Assembly: GCA_963818475.1 (NCBI GenBank)
Contig: CAWFSF010000006.1
Span: 800,001-864,000 of the forward strand
Length of the DNA stretch: 64,000 nt
Reading direction: 5' to 3'
DNA from: Nitrospirota bacterium
Lineage (GTDB): Bacteria > Nitrospirota > UBA9217
The notes beneath the pieces are model-generated. The model saw nothing but the letters and a program-made list of their open reading frames with translations. It searched no databases and was not told the DNA's origin. Shown in pieces: positions 55,169 through 64,000 of this stretch (position 1 is its first letter; each line of letters opens with the position of its first letter). The position numbers and the translations under genes were made by a program.

Positions 55169-56455
55169 ATGCCATTATCAAAATATACTAAAATATACCC
55201 CTCCCCAGATGGACCTGATTCCGTAATTCTTTATTCTACGAAAAATGCATCGGCACTGCTCGTCCCTTCCGGATCGATTGAAGACATCCAGAAAAACAGC
55301 TTGTCCGACGAGGAAAAAGAAACCCTCACGGATCACGGTTGCCTGGTAAAGGATGCCTCGGAAGAAAGACGTGAGATGCTCACCTTTATCCGGGAAGTGA
55401 ATTCTCTCGATAAAACGCTGAACTATATTGTTGTCTTGAACCTGGACTGCAATCTCGCATGCACATACTGTTTCGAGGGCGAAAGAAAGGGCAAGCTCTA
55501 CCTGTCCGATGAAACAGCCGACCAGTTCGTAGATTTCGTGAAGCGCAGCAGTGTCGGAAAAGAAGAGATCAATATCACCTTTTACGGCGGCGAGCCGCTC
55601 TTAAGCATGGAGCGCATTGCAGGGATCTCTGAAAAACTTCGTTTGTTCTCGGAACAGAAGGGACTTGCTTACGGCTTCTCGCTCGTTACCAACGGGACCC
55701 TGCTCACACCCAGGAATGTAAAGCGCTTAACGCCTCTCGGCTTGAAAAGCGCGAAAGTAACGCTCGATGGGCCGGAATATGTCCATGACATGTTCAGGCC
55801 ATTCAAATCCGGCGAAGGGTCCTTCAATATCATCATGCGGAATATCAAAGACGTCTGCGACATGATACGCATCCAGATCGGGGGTAATTATACGCAGGAA
55901 CATTTTCAGAAGTTTCCCCGGCTTCTTGACGTTCTCGCGGAAAAAGGCCTAACTCCCGACAAGATATATATGGTCAAATTCGACCCCGTGGTCAATGAAA
56001 GCGCAGAGTTTGCGCCGCGTGATTTTCATGACGGGTGCGCGTCGATCAATGAACCCTGGATCAGCGAAGCGAGCCTGTTCCTGCGGGAAGAGATATTGAA
56101 GCGGGGATACAAAACGCCGAAGATCATGCCGTCTCCCTGCGCCATTGAGCGGGAAAGCAGCCTGGTGGTCAACTACGACGGTGCACTGTACAAATGCCCG
56201 GGGCTGATCGGCAGGGCTGACTGCTGCGTGGGCGATCTCAAGAGCGGCTTGATCGACTACGGCAGCTCTCATGATCTCGACGCCTGGAAAAACGAGGAAT
56301 GCCTTGCCTGCGAATATCTCCCGCTCTGTTTCGGCGGATGCAAGTACATGAAGCTGCTGCGCGACGGCACCCTGCGCGGCATCAATTGTCAAAAAGAGTA
56401 TCTTGACCGGACCCTCGCCGGACTGGTGGCACAGGATATTAAATACGATCTATGA
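55169..56455 (+). CDS. radical SAM/SPASM peptide maturase (geopeptide-maturase-like)
   Basis: CNLACTYC, FYGGEPLL, TNGTLL, SPASM C...DGALYKC...CLACEYLPLCFGGC...C; N-terminal extension could be an RRE. Confidence 0.9.
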   Translation: MPLSKYTKIYPSPDGPDSVILYSTKNASALLVPSGSIEDIQKNSLSDEEKETLTDHGCLVKDASEERREMLTFIREVNSLDKTLNYIVVLNLDCNLACTYCFEGERKGKLYLSDETADQFVDFVKRSSVGKEEINITFYGGEPLLSMERIAGISEKLRLFSEQKGLAYGFSLVTNGTLLTPRNVKRLTPLGLKSAKVTLDGPEYVHDMFRPFKSGEGSFNIIMRNIKDVCDMIRIQIGGNYTQEHFQKFPRLLDVLAEKGLTPDKIYMVKFDPVVNESAEFAPRDFHDGCASINEPWISEASLFLREEILKRGYKTPKIMPSPCAIERESSLVVNYDGALYKCPGLIGRADCCVGDLKSGLIDYGSSHDLDAWKNEECLACEYLPLCFGGCKYMKLLRDGTLRGINCQKEYLDRTLAGLVAQDIKYDL

Positions 56456-56464
56456 CCCGTTTCA

Positions 56465-56496
56465 ATATCTGTGAAATCTGCGTAATCTGCGGATAA
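56465..56496. repeat. solo arm of an AATCTGCG nonamer repeat element
   Basis: atatctgtgaaatctgcgtaatctgcggataa. Confidence 0.55.
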
Positions 56497-56572
56497 TACA
56501 TTGACTTGAGCAGTTACTAAAAAAATCTTTTCACTAATCAGCAGGCTTTCGGATAGATAACACAGGCATTCC

Positions 56573-57485
56573 TTGATCAAATTGAATTCATACTTCGCCC
56601 GCAACCTTCTCCTCATCTTTTCCCTGTTCGCAGCGGTTCCGGTGCTCGGACCCGCGTCCGTGAACGCATGCGATGTTGTCGTAGTGAAAAGCGCCGACCT
56701 GAAACCCTACCGCGACGCGCTTCGAGGGTTTCGGGACGCGAGTTCCTGCACCGTGAGCGAAGTGGAATTGAACGACGATCGCGATCTTGAAAGAATACGT
56801 CAGAAAACGGCCCGATGTCGTGCTGGCGATCGGTACAACGGCCTTTAAGAAGCTCAGGCTGTTGAACGATGTTCCCGTTGTGTACGTTATGGCTGTCCTC
56901 TCCGAGGCGGACCGCGCACTTCCTCCGAATATTTCCGGCGTGAGCATGGAGATACCGCCTGCGGCCTATTTTGCCGCCATGAAACAGGTCTTTCCCTCGG
57001 CAAAACAGGTCGGTCTTTTGTACGATCCGCGCAACAGCGAGACCTTTGTCGAAGAAGCGTCACGCGACGCACGCGCCGCCGGTCTCGAGCTGTCGGACAG
57101 GAAGCTCCCCGATCCCGCAGGCCTGGCTGCTGCTCTCGGCAGCATGCGGGACACTATCGACATCCTGTGGATCTTGCCAGATCCGACCGTGGTAACGCCT
57201 GAAACGATCGATTACCTGCTGCGTTTTTCCATTCAAAACAATATTCCGCTCTTCGCTTTTTCAAAAAAATACGTCGAAATGGGCGCGATCGCTTCGCTCG
57301 ATGTTGACCCCTACGACATGGGCGCGCAGGCCGCGGACATAGCAAAGGGGATCGCCGCGGGGGGCAAAGGGTCGGTACGCGTATACGCGCGGAAAACCCG
57401 GCTTTCGATCAACGGGAAGGCCGCGAACAAAATGGGCGTCAAGATCGACAGCGAAACGGCGCGCAGGGTGGACCATGCCGATTAG
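56573..57485 (+). CDS. periplasmic ABC-type substrate-binding-like protein without permease (frameshift near 56800)
   Basis: Signal peptide, PDVVLAIG, VGLLYDP, LWILPD, YVEMGA, DMGAQAA, LSIN. Confidence 0.85.
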
Positions 57486-58927
57486 GAGCTTTCGGAACAG
57501 GATCCGGGAACAATTCGGACTGAAGGTGTTCACCGCCTTCTTCGTCGTCATTGTTGTGCTCCTGACAACCTATACCGGCATCGGCGCTTTCCGTGAATGG
57601 CACAAGGCGAAGGACAAATTGAAGGAACAGGGGGAGATGCTTGCAGACCTGCTCTCACAGAATGTCCTCGTCGGGCTGTTCGCGGAGGACGAAACACTGC
57701 TCGAGGCGGCTGCGGCCGGAATGCTCGGTCTGAAAGACGTCACGTCGATCACGATCTATAACAGCGAGCTGAAGTTGCTCTATGCCGGTAAGCGGTCTTC
57801 GTCCGGGCAAAGCGCAACGCCCCTCCCTGGCGGACCGGTCCCCGGTCTTGGGGGTGTTTCCGGTCCCGACGTCGTCGAAACAGCGGACTCCTTTCAGTTC
57901 ACAAAACCCGTGTCGATCAGGTCGCGGTCCCGAGGCTGTCGAGTCCCTGTATTTCGACGTGCAGGGCACGGGGCGCAGCGGCCGGGTGATAGGATACGCG
58001 CAAGTCGTCCTGAGCAAGGACTCATTTCGCAAGGACATCGCATCGCTCGTGACGCGGAGAGCCGTAATGATGCTCCTGTTCATCGCTGCCGGCTGGGTCA
58101 TCATTTCTTTCGCAGTGAAGCAGGTCACGCGGCCGCTCCGGAACCTGACCGGGAAGGTGCGGTCGCTTGAATTGGGACTGCCCATCGAACCGGCTGTTGT
58201 GGAAACGGAGGATGAGATCGGGAAGCTCGCAGCGGCCTTCAACGCGATGGTTGAGGCGCGCGTCAGAGCGGAAAAATCCATGCGGGAGAGCGAGGAACGG
58301 GAACGGCACCTGATAGCGACCGACCTTCATGATTTCGTGGGACAGAACCTCGTGGCGTCGCAATACCAGCTCGGAGCATTGCGGAAGCTCATCTCCTCCC
58401 CTGAAGCGGCCGCACGCCTGGACGAGGCGCGCGAGCTGATCGCGCAGACCATCCAGTACACGCGGTCGCTCACCATCGAGCTCAGGTCTCCCGTGCTGGA
58501 GGAACTCGGCTTGCAATCGGCCATCGAATCGCTGGCCGAAAGTTATGAAACCACCCACGGGGTCCCTGTGCGGGTGGAGAATGACGGCTTGCCGATGGAG
58601 ATCAGCGACGAGACGGGCTATCTGCTCTTCCGGAGCGTGCGCGAGCTCCTGATGAACATCGTAAAGCACGCGAAGGCGACCGAAGCGAGGATCTCGGTGA
58701 CGAGGACGGGGGACAATGTCCGCATCGCGGTCAGGGACAACGGCATCGGGTTCATTGCAACGGCGGCGCCACAGCCCGGCCATAGCTTTGGTTTATTCAC
58801 CATCCGCGAGAGGCTACGAGGCCTTGGCGGGCATTGCGACGTCGAATCCGCGCCCGGCGCGGGGACAACGGTGGTCCTTACGGCGCCGCTCGTGAGATCC
58901 GGGGAACAGGGAAAGAGGACGCCATGA
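57475..58927 (+). CDS. membrane sensor histidine kinase, HAMP + HisKA_3 (frameshift near 57925)
   Basis: 2 TM, DEIGKLAAAFN, ERERHLIATDLHDFVGQNL, ELLMNIVKHA, DNGIGF, FGLFTIRER. Confidence 0.9.
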
Positions 58928-59568
58928 TAAAGATACTTCTCGTTGACGACCACAAGATCGTGCGCGCCGGGCTCAGGGCGGTGATAGCCGGGCACCCGGA
59001 CATGACCGTTGTTGCCGAAGCGGGCGACGGCAGGACCGCCGTGGAACTCGCCGCCGAAGTGTCGCCGAACGTTATTATCATGGACATCTCCATGCCCGGT
59101 TTGAACGGAACGGAAGCGACCCGCAGGATACTGGAGGCGAACCCGGACGCCAGGATCATAGCGCTGTCGATGCATCTTGAACGGCGCATCGTGCTCCAGA
59201 TGCTGGGCGCCGGCGCAAAAGGATATTTATTGAAAGACGGCGCCGATGACGAGGTGATCGACGCCATTCTCGCTGTTACGCAGAATGCGACCTACCTGAG
59301 TCCGAGGATCAGCAACATGGTCTTGAGGGACTACGTCGAACGGGTCTCGAAAAATGAACTGTCCTCGATCTCCCTTCTGTCGTCGCGGGAGCGGGAAGTT
59401 CTGCAGCTTCTGGCCGAGGGGAAAAAGACAAAGGATATCGCCACGCTCCTTACGGTAAGCATAAAAACCGCAGAATTCTACCGCCAGCAGATCATGGAAA
59501 AACTGGACGTTCATACCATCGCCGAGCTTACGAAGCTGGCTATCCGCGAAGGCCTGACCTCGCTGTAA
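58924..59568 (+). CDS. NarL/LuxR family response regulator
   Basis: LLVDDH, MDISMP, GYLLK, LSSREREVLQLLAEGKKTKDIA HTH. Confidence 0.95.
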   Translation: MIKILLVDDHKIVRAGLRAVIAGHPDMTVVAEAGDGRTAVELAAEVSPNVIIMDISMPGLNGTEATRRILEANPDARIIALSMHLERRIVLQMLGAGAKGYLLKDGADDEVIDAILAVTQNATYLSPRISNMVLRDYVERVSKNELSSISLLSSREREVLQLLAEGKKTKDIATLLTVSIKTAEFYRQQIMEKLDVHTIAELTKLAIREGLTSL

Positions 59569-59682
59569 CATTTCCGCAGTATTCAAACTTCCTGATAGCC
59601 CTATCTGCCATACCTGCTTGTATGAAATCAGGCCCCTGCACGTCATAACCGGCTCAAAACCCAAAAAAGGACTCTCAAAAGG

Positions 59683-59730
59683 CACCTGTCAGTTCTGACA
59701 GGTGACAGCGAACAAAAAATCACTTACAAT
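59683..59730 (+). promoter_or_regulatory. palindromic activator site overlapping a sigma70 promoter (copy 2)
   Basis: CACCTGTCA-gttc-TGACAGGTG (59683-59704); -35 GTGACA 59702-59707, 17 bp, -10 TACAAT 59725-59730. Confidence 0.8.
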
Positions 59731-59856
59731 CCCGCAACTACTGGTTGATGCAGTTCTGGTCTTATGCAGGTTCCGTTTCAACCATGATTCTTATCAACCC
59801 ACGCTGTTTTGTGCGATTACCTGCGACAATGTGCGTAAAAAAAGGAGGATACTATT

Positions 59857-60864
59857 ATGGACATCGAATTTCACTATTACATCACCGCTCTTATAGCACT
59901 TCGCGCCGGATTTACTAAGGAAGAGGCCTATATACTTGCCTATGCTTCGCAGCATGTTGACGATAATACCGACGTCTTTAAGATCAATCAGGGTACCGCC
60001 GAGGCATACAGCAATTACATAAGTCAAACGTCAAACATACTAAAAGCGGAAAAGGAGCTAATGCAAATCTATCCCGTTTTCCACTTTATGCCGGGGAACA
60101 GGGACGAGATTGAATGTGAAGGGGCCATGCGATGTGACGGAAAACTTCATGTTCTCAATACGATACCGGACAATAGCAATGCCTGCGCCGTCCTGCAGGC
60201 GGCTTTCGACGACGGCAATCTCTACCGCATAGGGATAGCAACGCATATGTACGCAGATACGTTCGCGCATCAGAACTTTGTCGGCTACTACGAATCGTTC
60301 AATGCCATGAAAGGCGTTCTCGGTAAAGCTATTCCCGATGTGGGGCATGCGGACGCCCAACACAACCCCGATCTGCCGGGGCTCATCTGGGATGATAAAC
60401 GCCTTATCAACAAGAACAAGGATGTCTGCAACAGGGACCGTTTCCTCAAAGCGGCAGAACGCATCTTTGAGCAGTACCGGCGACATAAAGATCCCCACTG
60501 CTCGCCTGAAGTCATTACAGCGGACAAGACCTCGCTTATGGCCACTATTACTTATGCGATCGGTGAAACCGGCGATCATGCGGTCAACGATCAGGAGCGA
60601 AAGAATCGCATAGCCCGGTATAGAAAAGCCATTGGTGAAGATTTTAAGGACTATGACGAAAAGGAGTGGCTTGGCGAGGCAATTGAACGAAAAGGCCTCC
60701 TTGCCCCGATCAATCCGTGGCCCTCGTATGCATGGAAAGCCGATCACACGGACAGCCACTGGTTCAAGTTCCAGGAAGCGGTCAAGAACCATCAATGGTT
60801 CGCCAAGGACAATGTCCTGAGCCCCATCACCAAAAATCTTCAGCTTGATCGATTTTATAATTGA
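59857..60864 (+). CDS. His-rich putative metallohydrolase (DUF6765-like; phospholipase C/P1 nuclease-like)
   Basis: AAGGAGG RBS; FHYY, SQHVDDN, FHFMPG, GIATHMYADTFAHQNF, GHADA. Confidence 0.7.
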   Translation: MDIEFHYYITALIALRAGFTKEEAYILAYASQHVDDNTDVFKINQGTAEAYSNYISQTSNILKAEKELMQIYPVFHFMPGNRDEIECEGAMRCDGKLHVLNTIPDNSNACAVLQAAFDDGNLYRIGIATHMYADTFAHQNFVGYYESFNAMKGVLGKAIPDVGHADAQHNPDLPGLIWDDKRLINKNKDVCNRDRFLKAAERIFEQYRRHKDPHCSPEVITADKTSLMATITYAIGETGDHAVNDQERKNRIARYRKAIGEDFKDYDEKEWLGEAIERKGLLAPINPWPSYAWKADHTDSHWFKFQEAVKNHQWFAKDNVLSPITKNLQLDRFYN

Positions 60865-60896
60865 GGACTACCTTACGGATGGAGTGTTCCCTTTCC

Positions 60897-61460
60897 ATGA
60901 TACATGAATACGAGATCAACGGTGTGACCCTGCGGACCGGGGATATCATCTGCACGCATGACGGGGGCGCCCCGATTCTGGAGGGCCAGCTCTGGCATTT
61001 TGTCGGGAACCTGATCCCCGGCGATGTCGACCATGTCGCTCTTTATCTTGGACCGGGCGGTCGCTGCATAGAGGCAGGGCCGAAAGGGGTCAACATATTC
61101 GAAATGAAGAGCAGGACCTGGGATTCCGTGAATATGCGGGACCAGCGCGGCCCGGTTGTGGATACGTTCTACGGCGTCGCCTGCCCGGTAGAGGGCAGAG
61201 GTCTTGCGGAAGAAAAAAAAGCCGAGATCCGGGAGAGCGTTGCCCGGTACTGCATTGCGCAGGCAGGAAAGCCGTACAATTTGAATTTTATGAATTCGGA
61301 AACAGAAGATACGTTTTATTGCAGTCAATTAGCGTGTCTGGCGTATCTGAAAAGCGGCATCATTTTGAACACGGACCTGGGGGTGCCTCTGGTTCCCGGG
61401 ACGCACAGCATCATCTTTCCGCAGGAGATATGGAGCGGGTGTGTAAATAAAAAGGCATGA
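60897..61460 (+). CDS. permuted papain-like NlpC/P60 enzyme (YiiX/YebB-like)
   Basis: GDII, HVALY, IEAG, GKPY, FYCSQL with His preceding Cys. Confidence 0.82.
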   Translation: MIHEYEINGVTLRTGDIICTHDGGAPILEGQLWHFVGNLIPGDVDHVALYLGPGGRCIEAGPKGVNIFEMKSRTWDSVNMRDQRGPVVDTFYGVACPVEGRGLAEEKKAEIRESVARYCIAQAGKPYNLNFMNSETEDTFYCSQLACLAYLKSGIILNTDLGVPLVPGTHSIIFPQEIWSGCVNKKA

Positions 61461-61593
61461 GTGTCCCTGTCAAGGGGACCGGAAACAGTTCGATCACCGT
61501 TTCCAGAGCTCATCTGCAGGGTGATAAAAGAAGTTTTTAGGCCAAGATGGCAGATTTGACCGGCATTAGAATAACCTGAAGGAGAACGAGATC

Positions 61594-61950
61594 GTGAAGG
61601 CGAAAAAAAACAATGGCACGGGTGAGAATATCTGCGCTTGTGGAAGCTGGTTGGACCACTGGAAGAAATACGGCAGTCAGGCACTTCCCAGGTACTGCAC
61701 AGAAGCGAAATGTATGCACGCGCCGGAAGTCGGAGCGCATATCCAAAAGGACGGCTCTTCAGACAACGGCTGGTACATTGTTCCGCTCTGCAGTGCCCAC
61801 AATGCCGAAAAGGGCAGATCGCTGAACGTCAGTGATGCTGTACAGCTTGTGCCGGCCGATATCAGTATCACGTGCGGCAAGAAGGATGCTGAAGAGCGCA
61901 ACAACGTTGGCATGACCGAATGGGGCCAATTTACAGGAACGCATAGGTAG
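61594..61950 (+). CDS. small Cys/His protein with HNH-like signature
   Basis: AAGGAG RBS; CACGSWLDHW, CTEAKC, GAH, PLCSAHN. Confidence 0.7.
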   Translation: MKAKKNNGTGENICACGSWLDHWKKYGSQALPRYCTEAKCMHAPEVGAHIQKDGSSDNGWYIVPLCSAHNAEKGRSLNVSDAVQLVPADISITCGKKDAEERNNVGMTEWGQFTGTHR

Positions 61951-61992
61951 AAACAACTTTCCTCAAAAGCGCCGAAAGGGAAAGCGGAGACC

Positions 61993-62115
61993 GTGAAACA
62001 AAATTGCTGGGATTTTAAAAAACGCGGAAGTCTACCGGGTGGAGCGCACGCGGAGGATCTGGGCGTATGTCCGGTTGCGACGTACGCCGCGGTTAGAACA
62101 GTGGGGTCAGATTAA
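61993..62115 (+). pseudogene. truncated two-CW-type Cys domain remnant
   Basis: MKQNCWDFKKRGSLPGGAHAEDLGVCPVAT...* (40 aa) with GGAG RBS. Confidence 0.5.
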
Positions 62116-62125
62116 GGGGGGGCTT

Positions 62126-62584
62126 ATGCAAGGAGCTATAGGGGATGTCGATTTTTTAACGCTTTTGCAATATGGGGCAACAGGCTTTGCCGTCATTTTA
62201 TTATCTCTTGGATATCGGCTCCTGAACCAGCTGATGAACGCCAAGGACAAGGGCGATAACTTTAAACGAAAATTATTCGCCGTTGTTTTTTTCATGTCGA
62301 TCTCAACGATATTTTTTTTCGGGGGACTGGCCGGACAGTATATTTTACAACAACAGGAAAGGCCGGTGAATGTCCTGATAACACCTAACCAAATGCCGGC
62401 AGGTGTGGACCGACCGCAAATACGGCGGGGAGTCGAATCAATTAAGCTGGAGAATGGGGCCGCAGTTGTGGCCGTAAAATACAATGATACCCTGAACTTT
62501 CAAGTCGAATGCCTGACGGATAGAATATTAATGTGTCAACAGGCGCAGCGGTACGCTCCAACAATGAACCAAACATTGCAATGA
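62126..62584 (+). CDS. hypothetical membrane protein
   Basis: Two TM helices followed by a soluble domain. Confidence 0.6.
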   Translation: MQGAIGDVDFLTLLQYGATGFAVILLSLGYRLLNQLMNAKDKGDNFKRKLFAVVFFMSISTIFFFGGLAGQYILQQQERPVNVLITPNQMPAGVDRPQIRRGVESIKLENGAAVVAVKYNDTLNFQVECLTDRILMCQQAQRYAPTMNQTLQ

Positions 62585-62593
62585 GGTGATGCT

Positions 62594-63205
62594 ATGAACA
62601 ATAAATTATGTTATCCGACATGCACCTTGGTTTTGGCTGTCCTGTTATTAGTGTCGCAGAGCGTCGCTCAAGATCGATTTCAATCCGATATTCCGGATGC
62701 AGTGTCAGCGCAACTGGAAGAAGCGAAATTGCTGCGCCAAAAAGGCCAGATCAATCCGGCCATAGAAAAACTGAACGCGATCATTGCGAGTTGTCCCGAT
62801 TATTATATGGCTTACTATAATTTAGCGTTGGCATATAGCACTGCCAGGGATTATCAAAAGGCGGTCGCCGCATTCAACAAAGCATTGGATATCCGGGACC
62901 GCAAGAAGGTCCCCGAAGCGACCATTTTCAACACTATGGGAGTAATGTATATGTACGCGGGCGATTACCCGAATGCCGAATTAATGCTGAAAAAGGCGGA
63001 GCAAAATGTGGATTTGCTTCCGGGAAAATCAAGAGGAAAATTATTTAACAACCTGGGAGTATATTATTTCAACGCTGGAAAATATCCTGAATCGGAAAAA
63101 TATTTTCGAATCGCATCGACTCGATATGCCAGTAAGTCTGCAAAAGACAACATAAAGATATTGGAAAAGATCAAGAGTGATGTTGCAGATATGAAGAAGA
63201 AATAA
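62594..63205 (+). CDS. secreted TPR protein
   Basis: GAGGTG RBS, signal peptide SVA|Q, AYYNLALAY and FNNLGVYY TPRs. Confidence 0.8.
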   Translation: MNNKLCYPTCTLVLAVLLLVSQSVAQDRFQSDIPDAVSAQLEEAKLLRQKGQINPAIEKLNAIIASCPDYYMAYYNLALAYSTARDYQKAVAAFNKALDIRDRKKVPEATIFNTMGVMYMYAGDYPNAELMLKKAEQNVDLLPGKSRGKLFNNLGVYYFNAGKYPESEKYFRIASTRYASKSAKDNIKILEKIKSDVADMKKK

Positions 63206-63327
63206 ACGGGATCATCGCAGGACTTAGGCAAGAAATAAGCAAACACGTGCTTGACCGCTCGAATCCGTTCCCCATAATAGGCGCGATTCGGGGGGCGACG
63301 CAATGGGTGCAACAAGGAGAGATTTTC

Positions 63328-64000
63328 ATGGAACCGGAAGCAGCGCGCAAAAAACACACCATACTTGTCGTGGATGATGACCACGATGTGCTTAGATCAC
63401 TTCGATTAGTGCTGACCACCTGTGAATACAAGGTCATCACGGCCTCCAATGCCGCAGCGGCGCTTGACATACTGCATAATCCGATGGCGGGCGTGGACGT
63501 CGTCCTCACGGACATCAGGATGCCCGGAATGGATGGTCTCGAATTGGCAGTTAAAATTCATCAACTTGACCGGGAGATCCCTGTTCTGGTCATGTCCGCC
63601 TACGCCGAGCTGACCGATGCCATCGACGCGATCCATCGAGGGGCCTTTGATTTCATCATCAAACCGCTCAATCCCGAGTATCTCATCCATTCCATCCGAA
63701 AGGCGGAGACCCTCCTCGACATGAGGACCCTGGAACGGAACTACAAGCAGGCGCTCCAGGAGGACGTCACCATAAAGACCAGGGAACTGCAGGACCTGAA
63801 CAGGGAGATCATCCACCGCCTGACCGTGGTCGCGGAATACCGGGACACGGACACGGGTCTGCACAACTCGCGGGTCGGGAGCTTCGCGGGAACGATCGCG
63901 GAAACGCTCGGGATGTCCGCTGAATTTGTCGAAACAATAACGCTTGCGAGCTCGCTTCATGATATCGGCAAGGTCGGGATCATGGACAGCATCCTTCTGA
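63328..64000 (+). CDS. response regulator with HD-GYP domain (RpfG-like), truncated by window end
   Basis: AAGGAG RBS; ILVVDDD, TDIRMPGMDG, AEYRDTDTGLH, LHDIGKVGI. Confidence 0.9.
   Translation, partial: MEPEAARKKHTILVVDDDHDVLRSLRLVLTTCEYKVITASNAAAALDILHNPMAGVDVVLTDIRMPGMDGLELAVKIHQLDREIPVLVMSAYAELTDAIDAIHRGAFDFIIKPLNPEYLIHSIRKAETLLDMRTLERNYKQALQEDVTIKTRELQDLNREIIHRLTVVAEYRDTDTGLHNSRVGSFAGTIAETLGMSAEFVETITLASSLHDIGKVGIMDSILL

Noticed and set aside
4430-58927. Many split genes (M16, miaA, mtnP, pfkB, copA, gcvT, mtnA, secretin, SBP, HK) as pseudogenes or programmed frameshifts
   Set aside because: Single indels scattered through conserved genes with otherwise intact motifs point to long-read consensus errors.

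Overview
About 64 kb of bacterial chromosome with a Gram-negative envelope (TonB receptor, secretin). Gene repertoire and repeat types suggest a Nitrospirota/Desulfobacterota-like organism, which is an inference. Many genes carry single-base frameshifts, most likely unpolished long-read errors. Layout: (1) 0.1-19.4 kb housekeeping: EF-G2, three M16 peptidases, dut, mutL, TerC, miaA-hfq-mtnP-pfkB, PilW/Tgl-like TPR, RodZ, Mut7-C and CopA. (2) 20-32.2 kb accessory island: a giant RCC1/Ig/beta-helix surface protein, a signal-peptide-bearing RHS toxin, a candidate immunity gene and orphan RHS debris. (3) 32.3-46.2 kb mixed genes: sodC, GcvT-like, mtnA, formyltransferase, TruC-like, PhoR-like and two kinases lacking the phospho-His. 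(4) 46.4-52.5 kb a type II secretion-like cluster. (5) 52.7-59.7 kb, the best candidate novel system: TonB receptor, an unannotated 31-aa GG-CC precursor peptide, a radical SAM/SPASM maturase, a periplasmic binding protein, a HisKA_3 kinase and a NarL/LuxR regulator. Two near-identical lux-box-like palindromes overlap sigma70 promoters, one upstream of this operon and one upstream of the next gene cluster. This is the architecture expected of an autoinducing RiPP quorum-sensing circuit in a diderm. The window is also peppered with short-period (7-10 nt) palindromic repeat elements, one translated in frame inside MutL. No rRNA, tRNA or CRISPR array was recognised.
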